Virus record (IMG/VR): IMGVR_UViG_3300025771_000143
Coordinates: 1-27,736 of that record
Length of the DNA stretch: 27,736 bases
Reading direction: 5' to 3' (one strand)
Source: a virus
Taxonomy: Duplodnaviria > Caudoviricetes
The notes under the pieces are model-generated. The model made no database searches, was not told the DNA's origin, and saw nothing but the letters and a program-made list of their open reading frames with translations. Made by a program: the position numbers and the translations under genes. Shown in pieces: positions 15,588 to 23,026 of this stretch (position 1 is its first letter; each line of letters opens with the position of its first letter).

Positions 15588-16464
15588 CCAGCCGTGGTAC
15601 ATGAAGAACTACAAGGAGCAGTTCAGCGCTAAGAGCAACCAGCGCCTGCTCCCGAGGATCGAAGCCGCACTGGCTATCGAGCAGGCCGAGCGCAACGCCA
15701 AGCGTGACACGGTACACCTGCACCCCAGCGAGATGTCGAAGGACAACTGGTGCGTACGCTCCTCGTACTACAAGATCACTGGTGTAGACGAGAGTGACAG
15801 CAGGTCCTTCAACCTCAAGAGCATGAACATCTTTGCCGAGGGCCACAACATCCACGACAAGTGGCAGAGGTGGATGTGGAAGGCAGGGGGCCTCGTCGGC
15901 AACTGGAAGTGCTCGATCTGCTCGCACAAGTGGGAGGACACATCCCCTGAGCGGTGCCCCACGTGCCTGACTGAGGATATCCGCTACGCCGAGGTGCCTA
16001 TCGAAGACCCTCGCCACCGTATCATTGGGCACGCTGACGGCATCTGGGAAGACGCCGACGGCAAGGCGGTCATTGAGATCAAGTCCGTCGGCCTCGGCAC
16101 TATCCGCTGGGATGCTCCGAAGTTGTACGAGGGCTATGACAGCGGTGACCTATCGCTGGATGAGTTGTGGAAGCGGATCAAGCGCCCCCTCACCACCCAC
16201 CGCCGTCAGGTCAACCTGTATATGCACAGCCTTGGTATCCATAAGGCTGTCGTTATCTACGAATGGAAGCCGTCTCAGGATGTCAAAGAGTTCCAACTGA
16301 ACTTTGAGCCTGAGTTGGTCGAGCCGATGCTGGAGGGGGCTAAGCAGGTCATCGACGCTCTCGATGACAACTTGGTGCCCATCCGTCCCGACTTCGCCAC
16401 GCACAAGTCGTGTGCGGCGTGTCGTTTCTGTAGTTACAAGTCACACTGTTGGAGCAACGAATGA
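15577..16464 (+). CDS. Cas4-like / RecB-family exonuclease
   Basis: HPSEM...WC.R, EGHNIH, GHADG, IEIKS, QVNLYM, C-terminal CRFCSYKSHC (1+3 Cys Fe-S arrangement). Confidence 0.85.
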   Translation: MMTDQPWYMKNYKEQFSAKSNQRLLPRIEAALAIEQAERNAKRDTVHLHPSEMSKDNWCVRSSYYKITGVDESDSRSFNLKSMNIFAEGHNIHDKWQRWMWKAGGLVGNWKCSICSHKWEDTSPERCPTCLTEDIRYAEVPIEDPRHRIIGHADGIWEDADGKAVIEIKSVGLGTIRWDAPKLYEGYDSGDLSLDELWKRIKRPLTTHRRQVNLYMHSLGIHKAVVIYEWKPSQDVKEFQLNFEPELVEPMLEGAKQVIDALDDNLVPIRPDFATHKSCAACRFCSYKSHCWSNE

Positions 16465-16697
16465 TGATCAAGACTGACGCACGTGAGCGCCGTTACCGCA
16501 AGGCTATGGCTCTCAAGGAGGATCTCGGCCTGACTAAGGAGGAGCGGTACAGCCTCGCACAGATGATCCCCGGTGTTGACAAGGACTACGGTGGGTCATG
16601 GAAGGAACTGGACACCGACCAGTTGCATGACCTGATCACCATGATGGAGGGGTTCATCTGGATCACTCACCTGATGATGGAGCGGGACGATGGGTAA
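16461..16697 (+). CDS. Small hypothetical protein
   Basis: ATGA overlap with the exonuclease stop; GGAG upstream. Confidence 0.65.
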   Translation: MMIKTDARERRYRKAMALKEDLGLTKEERYSLAQMIPGVDKDYGGSWKELDTDQLHDLITMMEGFIWITHLMMERDDG

Positions 16698-17058
16698 TAA
16701 GCACAAAGCGAAAGGAACGTCGTTTGAGACACTCGTTGTCAAGTATCTTCGTCCCCGTGGGTTCAAGAAGGCTTACCGTCCTGCTACCTCTGGTTCTTAT
16801 GACAGTGGTGATATCAACGGTATCCGCAGTGCTAATCGTCAAGCGATTATTCAGTGTAAGAACCAGCGGAAGTTTGAACTCTCTGGATGGCTCGATGACA
16901 CAGTATCGCAGGCACAGCAGGAAGCAGTCGGGGGGAACGCTCTCCCAGTTCTGGTAGTAAAACGCCCCGGAGTGGGTGAAAAGAACCTCGGAGATACCTA
17001 TGCGATTCTTCGCTTAGAGGACCTTTCTGCCCTCCTCAAGGAGGCTGGGTACAACTAA
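16690..17058 (+). CDS. Hjc-like Holliday junction resolvase 2
   Basis: KAKGTSFET...DSGDI...IQCKN...PVLVVKR. Confidence 0.82.
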   Translation: MGNKHKAKGTSFETLVVKYLRPRGFKKAYRPATSGSYDSGDINGIRSANRQAIIQCKNQRKFELSGWLDDTVSQAQQEAVGGNALPVLVVKRPGVGEKNLGDTYAILRLEDLSALLKEAGYN

Positions 17059-17101
17059 TATACTGCCATAGGGTACACAACGGTTTAGAAAGAGGTAACC
17101 C

Positions 17102-17377
17102 ATGGCAGAGCAAGAAGACGTTATCAAGGTGTCCGGGTCTAGTAATCCGTCATCTGTTGGGTCAATTCTGGCCCGTGCTATCGTCGCCGGTCAGGCCCCT
17201 AAAATGCGGGCCATCGGTGCGTCAGCAGTGAATCAAGCCTCCAAGGCGTGCGCTATCGCTAGAGGCTTCGTCGCCCCTCGTGGTATCGACCTGACCTTCA
17301 TCATCGGATTCGATGACATTCAAGGCGATTCAGGCGAAACTATCTCGTCTATGACGTGGAAACCGGTCGCACGCTGA
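17102..17377 (+). CDS. spoVS: SpoVS family protein (Alba-like fold)
   Basis: IKVSGSSNPSSVG...RAIGASAVNQASKACAIARGFVAPRGIDL...F closely follows the SpoVS consensus; SD AGAGG; TATACT -10-like box at 17059-17064. Confidence 0.92.
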   Translation: MAEQEDVIKVSGSSNPSSVGSILARAIVAGQAPKMRAIGASAVNQASKACAIARGFVAPRGIDLTFIIGFDDIQGDSGETISSMTWKPVAR

Positions 17378-17383
17378 CCTTTG

Positions 17384-17402
17384 TGTTACCATAGCGCTAT
17401 GG
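17384..17402 (+). promoter_or_regulatory. Leaderless-type extended -10 promoter overlapped by a 14-bp palindrome
   Basis: TGtTACCAT, 6 nt, ATG 17399; CCATAGCGCTATGG (17389-17402) is a perfect palindrome. Confidence 0.6.
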
Positions 17403-17548
17403 AAAACAAGAGGTACAAGAACGTGTTTCGGCTTCCGAGTGGGCGAGAGATTCCCTCGGCTATCGACCCCGTTACTGGCGAAGGACCCGTAAGAGTTCGT
17501 CCCATGAATGAGGTTGTCCATGGCAAAGAAACCCCCAAGAACGGCTGA
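17399..17548 (+). CDS. Small hypothetical protein, 49 aa, probably leaderless (not in ORF track)
   Basis: MENKRYKNVFRLPSGREIPSAIDPVTGEGPVRVRPMNEVVHGKETPKNG*. Confidence 0.55.
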   Translation: MENKRYKNVFRLPSGREIPSAIDPVTGEGPVRVRPMNEVVHGKETPKNG

Positions 17549-18587
17549 GCAAAAAGCGGAGAGTGCCGCCAAAGCCAAGGAGACTAAGGCTAAGACCGCT
17601 AAGGCCGCAGGCATTGCCTCCCGTATGCAGACGGCCCCTGCGGAGTTTCAGCCCACCACGGTTCGACAGCGGTTAGAGGCTAAGTACGCCTCCATGGAAG
17701 AGCCTGAGGCGCTGGCTAATCCATATCCGTCAATGCCTCGCACGGGGCGTAGGGCCGGTATCGAAAAGGCTAAGCAAACGTCAGCACAGACTAAGGACGC
17801 CGAGGTCTTATCTCTGCCTGCGAACCCCGTCGGTAACAATCCGCTTGGTAGGAGTCCCTTACCTCCCCCAACAACTACTTCCGAAGGCTTACGCATTGGT
17901 ACGCCACCCCGTACCCGGGGCCACGCCAACATGGCAGAGCACGTTCGCCAGTTGGAGGCTACTGCGGCGTTAGTTGGCGCTAGTTCCGAGGTCAGCACAC
18001 ACGGCAGGATCACTGGACTCAGTAGTGACAGCCCCGTCGTGCCCCCCGGTCCCGTCAAGTTTAGAGACCCCGATACCAAGGAAATCAAACGCGGTGTGGG
18101 GTATACCCATCGTGCTGACAAATCCGCCCCAGTTTACTCTGGTGGAAATGTGCCGAGCCGTGACATGACTAAATGGGGACAGCAGGGTCGCCCTGATCTG
18201 CTGGACGTGATTCAACAGCACCAGACCATTTCTACTCCCGGTGGTCTTTCCCGAGGAATCGGTGATCGTGTTGACACCAGCCCCGGCTCTAGGGGCGAGT
18301 TTAGCGGTATGAATCCCGAGGAACTAGAGACTGCTGTCAAGGCCGAAGTCCTGCCCGACAGGATCTCTAGCGCTGTTAGGGACCTCATGCGGCCCAGTAA
18401 TTATCACCGAGCACGCAATGTCATCCGCCCAGAAGGCGGCGGGCGACAGCCGTGGAGCAGTAAGCAAACCGAGATGACAAATACCGTACGGGTAACACAG
18501 GGCGGTCGAACCGAGAATCTAACGCAGGAGCAGCACTCTCAGCGTGCGGAAAAGCGTATTGCTAAGCGCGATAAGGGAGCATCCTGA
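17520..18587 (+). CDS. Basic low-complexity protein with Lys/Ala-rich N-terminus
   Basis: ATG 17520 after GAGG; AAKAKETKAKTAKAA N-terminus; P/R/T/G-rich, no Cys. Confidence 0.7.
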   Translation: MAKKPPRTAEQKAESAAKAKETKAKTAKAAGIASRMQTAPAEFQPTTVRQRLEAKYASMEEPEALANPYPSMPRTGRRAGIEKAKQTSAQTKDAEVLSLPANPVGNNPLGRSPLPPPTTTSEGLRIGTPPRTRGHANMAEHVRQLEATAALVGASSEVSTHGRITGLSSDSPVVPPGPVKFRDPDTKEIKRGVGYTHRADKSAPVYSGGNVPSRDMTKWGQQGRPDLLDVIQQHQTISTPGGLSRGIGDRVDTSPGSRGEFSGMNPEELETAVKAEVLPDRISSAVRDLMRPSNYHRARNVIRPEGGGRQPWSSKQTEMTNTVRVTQGGRTENLTQEQHSQRAEKRIAKRDKGAS

Positions 18588-18832
18588 TGGCTAGTCCCGG
18601 CAAGTCCTATCCAGATCGTTCTCGTGATGAACGCCGGGTGCCAGCAAGGCCCCCGGGTTCTGCTCCCAACGAACTTCGTCCCGTCAGGCAACAGGGTCCA
18701 ACCCTCAGTCCTGAGCAGGTTGCTCGGCTAGAGGAACTCGACGCCATGGATGCGCTGATGCGTGATACTGGCGGTAGTAGCCCCATATCACAGGTGAGTG
18801 ACTATCTGATACGGCGTGATAAGCGCTACTAA
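18587..18832 (+). CDS. Hypothetical protein
   Basis: TGATG coupling; SD GGGAG. Confidence 0.7.
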   Translation: MASPGKSYPDRSRDERRVPARPPGSAPNELRPVRQQGPTLSPEQVARLEELDAMDALMRDTGGSSPISQVSDYLIRRDKRY

Positions 18833-18837
18833 GGTCT

Positions 18838-18975
18838 ATGAATAACACCCCAAAAACCGAGCAGGAGCCTCTTGAGGAGGACGAACTGCTCAGCAAAGTA
18901 CCTAGTAAATACCGGGATCTGTACGACTCGGACGACTTTGAGAAGTTCTCAAAGGGGAAGGATTGGGACTGGTGA
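18838..18975 (+). CDS. Small acidic protein, 45 aa (not in ORF track)
   Basis: MNNTPKTEQEPLEEDELLSKVPSKYRDLYDSDDFEKFSKGKDWDW*. Confidence 0.6.
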   Translation: MNNTPKTEQEPLEEDELLSKVPSKYRDLYDSDDFEKFSKGKDWDW

Positions 18976-19136
18976 TCATCCAACGCCCACCCAACCGATA
19001 TATAGCCGAACGAGAGAGGCAAGAGCGTGCTGCACAGGCTGCTGAGGGTCCTCGCCCTATTTCTACGATTGGTGGGGGCCGTGGTGGCTCTCTCATGGCT
19101 TTCACACAGGCCACTAGCACAGCAAACGGAAGGTAA
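18972..19136 (+). CDS. Small protein, 54 aa (not in ORF track)
   Basis: GTGA overlap; MIIQRPPNRYIAERERQERAAQAAEGPRPISTIGGGRGGSLMAFTQATSTANGR*. Confidence 0.55.
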   Translation: MIIQRPPNRYIAERERQERAAQAAEGPRPISTIGGGRGGSLMAFTQATSTANGR

Positions 19137-19141
19137 CTGAT

Positions 19142-19486
19142 ATGGCCGCAAAGGATGCTTTAGGGCAACAGTGGTCTAAAGGCTCAGACCTAATGGGACG
19201 GCAACTAGACAGCCTGTTCAACCTAGACAACCCCGAAGACAACGAAGCACTCGCAGACTACGGCGATAAAGGTATGCTCCCTGACTACGAGCAAAAAAGC
19301 AATAGATATACCAAAAAGGAGAGGAGTAATCTTTCCACTAAGAATAACTTGCCTCCGAGTAAGCCCCAACCGGGACTACAAAGAGGCGAGTTTGGGCGCA
19401 ATAACGCACCGGCACCCGTCCCCGGCAACGCTATTGGTACCCCTTTTATGGAGCAGATACTGTCAGGATTTCGTGAAACGGAATGA
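19142..19486 (+). CDS. Hypothetical protein
   Basis: SD GGAAGG; ATGA overlap with the next gene. Confidence 0.7.
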   Translation: MAAKDALGQQWSKGSDLMGRQLDSLFNLDNPEDNEALADYGDKGMLPDYEQKSNRYTKKERSNLSTKNNLPPSKPQPGLQRGEFGRNNAPAPVPGNAIGTPFMEQILSGFRETE

Positions 19487-19974
19487 ACCAGCAGACCTTT
19501 AGCAACTGGGCCGGGGGGTATGACCCAGCCGGGGGAGAGACGATGCCCGTCCTCGGCCCCGCTCCGGTCTTCCGTGATGCTAAAGATCAGCGCCTCGCCG
19601 CCTTCGGCGCTACGCCTGATACCCAATATCCCGATGGATATCTGGGGACTATGGATAGCAATAGACGGCAGGATAAGTTGCTTAGCGCCGTCAAGCGGCA
19701 GAACCACCGCTCATACAGCCGTGGTGTTCATAAGGGAGAGCGAGTCAACCCCGGTGACTACCTGTGGCCTGAGGAGTTCAACCCCATGACTGGCTTAGAA
19801 CTTCAGGCTGTGGGGCAAAAGTTCGCACCCCCCGGTGCTGAGCCGATCAGGCTCACCAATGATGGGAAGGCTGGCCCCCGTGGTATTCCCCGGGGACTAG
19901 ACCGCCCCCAGCAAGAACAAATAGATGTGCAGAGGCAGTCAATGCTGAAGCGCTTGGTACCAAACTGGAGATAA
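19483..19974 (+). CDS. Hypothetical protein
   Basis: Coupled start; core TPDTQYPDGYLGT...RSYSRGVHKGERV...YLWP looks less random than its flanks. Confidence 0.75.
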   Translation: MNQQTFSNWAGGYDPAGGETMPVLGPAPVFRDAKDQRLAAFGATPDTQYPDGYLGTMDSNRRQDKLLSAVKRQNHRSYSRGVHKGERVNPGDYLWPEEFNPMTGLELQAVGQKFAPPGAEPIRLTNDGKAGPRGIPRGLDRPQQEQIDVQRQSMLKRLVPNWR

Positions 19975-19977
19975 GAC

Positions 19978-20172
19978 ATGCCGTGGACCCCATCCGACGC
20001 TAGTAAGCACACCAAGAAGGCCGATACTGCCGCTGAAAAGCGCCAGTGGGCTAAGGTGGCAAATGCTACTCTGAAGAAGACTGGTAATGAGGGGCGGGCT
20101 GTCCGCACCGCTAATGCCGCAGTGGGAGGCGCTAAGAAGAGCGTCGCCAAGAAACGTGGAGGAAAGAAGTAA
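19978..20172 (+). CDS. ChaB-like small basic protein
   Basis: MPWT...RQWAKVANATL...EGRAVRTANAAV resembles the ChaB two-helix pattern; Lys-rich tail. Confidence 0.55.
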   Translation: MPWTPSDASKHTKKADTAAEKRQWAKVANATLKKTGNEGRAVRTANAAVGGAKKSVAKKRGGKK

Positions 20173-20543
20173 TGCCACACTCACCCGAGCATATGAGGAC
20201 TGGGGCCAACGAGGCCCGCATTGGCTCTAAGCACGCCGCAAAGTGGGGAGCCGAGATGGGCGTTCCCACTCAGCACGTGTCTGGCCCCGATAACACCTCG
20301 TGGTCTGGCAAGGTGCTTGGCCGTCAGGGCAACCAGTTGTTCTTCTCCGCAGAATCCACTGGCGGTGGGGCTTCGGATTCCCACGCCATCGAGTTCGACA
20401 CCTCTGCCCATAACGACGCATCGTTTGCCAAGAACTTCGTTGGTAAGCAGTTCAACGTCGAGGGTAAGCGCAGTATGACCCCCAACAAAGAGGGTGGTTG
20501 GTCCAGCCGAATGGATCACAGCATCTACCCCAAGAAGGACTGA
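20172..20543 (+). CDS. Hypothetical protein
   Basis: TAATG coupling; SD GGAGG. Confidence 0.7.
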   Translation: MPHSPEHMRTGANEARIGSKHAAKWGAEMGVPTQHVSGPDNTSWSGKVLGRQGNQLFFSAESTGGGASDSHAIEFDTSAHNDASFAKNFVGKQFNVEGKRSMTPNKEGGWSSRMDHSIYPKKD

Positions 20544-20548
20544 ACTTC

Positions 20549-20755
20549 GTGAGACGGCCTATTAGATCCATCCACGGACGCATCGCACAGAACATGCGTG
20601 ATGCTCGGGCCAATATCGGGGAGAGCATTGCCGCCCAGAAAGCCGACACTGCCGCATACCGGGAGAAGGAAGCCGCACAGGCCGCAGAGGATCAGGCTAA
20701 GGTCATACCGTGGAGCGAAGTGCTCGCCAACCCTGAACGATTCAATGACAGATAG
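20549..20755 (+). CDS. Hypothetical helical protein
   Basis: In-frame GTG 20549 after AAGGA; Ala-rich helix. Confidence 0.6.
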   Translation: MRRPIRSIHGRIAQNMRDARANIGESIAAQKADTAAYREKEAAQAAEDQAKVIPWSEVLANPERFNDR

Positions 20756-20763
20756 GAAGAACG

Positions 20764-21048
20764 ATGGCTAAGGATATGAGCCAGTATGGTTCGCAGTTAT
20801 TCAACATGATGGCTGACGCTCACCGTGCTCAGTACGGGGACGTACGTAACCACCGTGATCAGCCGGTTGCCCAGAAGCCGCACCTTCGCCACATGGATGA
20901 GCGCAGTGTTGCTCAGGCCCGTATGGACTACGAGGTGGGCGAGATGGAGGCCCGTGAGGCTGAGCAGGCAGGCAATGACAGCGCCTACAACGCCTACGAG
21001 GACAACAGCACTGACCATTACGACGACTACTCGGAAGGGGATTTCTGA
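20764..21048 (+). CDS. Hypothetical protein with Asp/Tyr-rich acidic tail
   Basis: SD AGGA; TGATG coupling to the next gene. Confidence 0.7.
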   Translation: MAKDMSQYGSQLFNMMADAHRAQYGDVRNHRDQPVAQKPHLRHMDERSVAQARMDYEVGEMEAREAEQAGNDSAYNAYEDNSTDHYDDYSEGDF

Positions 21049-21260
21049 TGGATGAGGCTAATCCGCAGGGGATGCCCCGCCCCCGTATCAAGACCACTCA
21101 TAAGGGTTACTCTAACGAGCCGACTCCTAGCAGGTCACGCCCCATGACTTCTGTCCACAAGCGTAACTACGCTGTTGGTGAGGGCAACGCCCCTAAGGGT
21201 ATGAAGCGCCCTGTTGACCCCTCCACCGAGATCGTTATACGGGCGCTCAGGGAGGGCTGA
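21048..21260 (+). CDS. Small basic hypothetical protein
   Basis: TGATG coupling at both ends. Confidence 0.7.
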   Translation: MDEANPQGMPRPRIKTTHKGYSNEPTPSRSRPMTSVHKRNYAVGEGNAPKGMKRPVDPSTEIVIRALREG

Positions 21261-21559
21261 TGGCTCGTCCGTGGCAAACCCGTAGCGAGTACCTCGTGGA
21301 TCTCGCTCTTGAAGGCGCACTTGCCGCTACTCCTGAGGAGTTGCGTGAGATGCGCCCGGTTGCCGCGCCCCAAAGCCCTTTCCCAGAGCGCCGAGGATTC
21401 GCTAAGCAGGTATGGGATATCCACGAGGTCATGAATATCGACCGCTATACCCCCTCATACCGCTCTTGGGTGTCTGGTATGCCCGTTATGCCCAGCGTCA
21501 TGAGTGACCAGTCGTGGTCTGGTACTGCTCGTAATGCTATGAGTGAAGGGACTTGGTGA
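21260..21559 (+). CDS. Hypothetical protein
   Basis: SD GGGAGG; TGATG coupling at both ends. Confidence 0.7.
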   Translation: MARPWQTRSEYLVDLALEGALAATPEELREMRPVAAPQSPFPERRGFAKQVWDIHEVMNIDRYTPSYRSWVSGMPVMPSVMSDQSWSGTARNAMSEGTW

Positions 21560-21858
21560 TGGAACCGCAGGGACCGTACACGCAAGCACTGACCGACGCC
21601 CCGGTAAACCCGGAGCGAGAGTTTGCTCGTCAAATGTCTGACGGGGGATATGCCGGGGGTATTGCCGGTTCTCAGGGGCGCTCATTCGCCCGGGATGCCT
21701 ACGAGTCCGGCGGGGCTTTTGATAACACCCTGCGCCAGCGCCAGCGTGCTGAGGAAGAACTCAACTTGGGTAGCAAGATCGTTGGGAGCCGCAATATGAG
21801 CCGCCCCAACTGGGCACGTATGCAGATCACTCCTCCTGCCAGCATTGGGGGTGAGTGA
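21559..21858 (+). CDS. Hypothetical protein
   Basis: TGATG coupling (ATG 21559; GTG 21556 is an alternative start). Confidence 0.7.
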   Translation: MEPQGPYTQALTDAPVNPEREFARQMSDGGYAGGIAGSQGRSFARDAYESGGAFDNTLRQRQRAEEELNLGSKIVGSRNMSRPNWARMQITPPASIGGE

Positions 21859-22721
21859 TGGAAGACCCGATTGAAGGGCGTGGTGGTCAACGTGACTGGG
21901 GTGGCGACACTAGTGCTCTTGGCGGTTATGGTTCCGCTGGTCTGTTCTCACGCCGTCGTCAGATGGAGCGCACCACTGGTGGTTCATTCCTAAACCTCGC
22001 AGAGTCTCCTCGTGCTGGTGCTACCGGGGGCTACGTCCGTATGCCCGGGGTTGGTCCTGCTCCAGTTATCCGTGATGTTGAGTTCGGTAAGAGCATGGCC
22101 CCGTCTGGCCCTACTGCTATGGCTAGCGGTGTGGCTCCTAACTTCTACGGACCCGGACCTCGTGAGCAGGTTCCGACTGGGCGTACGGCTCGTTCCATGA
22201 CTACGCTGGCGGGCCTTATCCCACTGCTCAAGCGTGATAAGCAGGAGCCTGAGGCCGAGGCTCCCGTTGAGGCCCCCCAGCCACAGTTGGCTCTTCCTTC
22301 GGCTGGCCGACCCATGGGTACTGGGGAAGAAGGTCCGTTGGCTATCGGTCCTGCGCCTACGCCTTACGGAGCGCTTCCTCGTGGCGGTAGGGCTAAGAGT
22401 AAGAGCCAACTCGCTGTCATTCCTCAGGACGAGACTCCTACGTGGGACCCCACTATGGCCGCACCGATCCGCACGGGGGGCACCATGCGAGGCACGCCTG
22501 CGTTGCCGTCGGCAGTCGAGGGTCCTCGGCCAGTTTCGACTCCTCCTCCCGGGGCCATCTTTGCCGCCTCTCGCCGTCGTGGTCGCTCGACGGTGGGTAC
22601 TGAATCGGAACCCCGTGAGATGCCCGAGACCTTTGAGTATCCCTATGCTCAGCCCCCCATCAAAAACCGGAAGCGTAAGAACCGCCCCGGACCCGGGCAG
22701 TTCAGCCTCGGATTAGACTAA
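21858..22721 (+). CDS. Pro/Gly-rich low-complexity protein
   Basis: TGATG coupling; P/G/A/R-rich; basic C-terminal KNRKRKNR. Confidence 0.7.
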   Translation: MEDPIEGRGGQRDWGGDTSALGGYGSAGLFSRRRQMERTTGGSFLNLAESPRAGATGGYVRMPGVGPAPVIRDVEFGKSMAPSGPTAMASGVAPNFYGPGPREQVPTGRTARSMTTLAGLIPLLKRDKQEPEAEAPVEAPQPQLALPSAGRPMGTGEEGPLAIGPAPTPYGALPRGGRAKSKSQLAVIPQDETPTWDPTMAAPIRTGGTMRGTPALPSAVEGPRPVSTPPPGAIFAASRRRGRSTVGTESEPREMPETFEYPYAQPPIKNRKRKNRPGPGQFSLGLD

Positions 22722-22740
22722 TAGAACCCCCTAAATAGGC

Positions 22741-22755
22741 TAGGATGTCGCTATG
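22741..22755 (+). promoter_or_regulatory. Leaderless-type -10 promoter
   Basis: TAGGAT, 6 nt (GTCGCT), ATG 22753; same geometry and CGCTATGG junction as 17387-17402. AGGA here could also act as an SD. Confidence 0.5.
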
Positions 22756-22974
22756 GCAGTAAATGAATCTCGCAGTATGAACGCTGATCTCCGTGAGGGA
22801 ATCACCGATGGCATGGTCAAGAAGCCGAACCCTGACCGGGGCGGCTTCCCCAACGACAACGCCGACGCTGGCTCGGTTCGGGCCACCCTGAGCGAGGAAC
22901 TGTACGACACGGTTCCGGGCGCTAACCCCATGCAGGGTTACCACGCCGCTCGGTTGACCGAGCCTCCCCGCTGA
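22753..22974 (+). CDS. Small hypothetical protein
   Basis: Clean ORF with typical codon usage between two intergenic gaps. Confidence 0.7.
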   Translation: MAVNESRSMNADLREGITDGMVKKPNPDRGGFPNDNADAGSVRATLSEELYDTVPGANPMQGYHAARLTEPPR

Positions 22975-22981
22975 CAGCACC

Positions 22982-23013
22982 ACTACGTAGTAGCATGTAG
23001 CCGTTACGGCTAC
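22982..23013 (+). promoter_or_regulatory. -10 box flanked by two palindromes (putative operator or hairpin)
   Basis: ACTACGTAGT (22982-22991), TAGCAT (22991-22996), GTAGCCGT-T-ACGGCTAC (22997-23013), then SD AAGGAG. Confidence 0.55.
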
Positions 23014-23026
23014 CAAGGAGTATCAA

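Noticed and set aside
15577-17400. CRISPR-Cas locus suggested by the Cas4-like gene
   Set aside because: No repeat-spacer array and no other cas gene seen in the window.
17399-22974. RiPP precursor cluster or non-coding region
   Set aside because: No maturase, transporter or repeated core peptides; SD sites and stop/start overlaps support ordinary protein genes.
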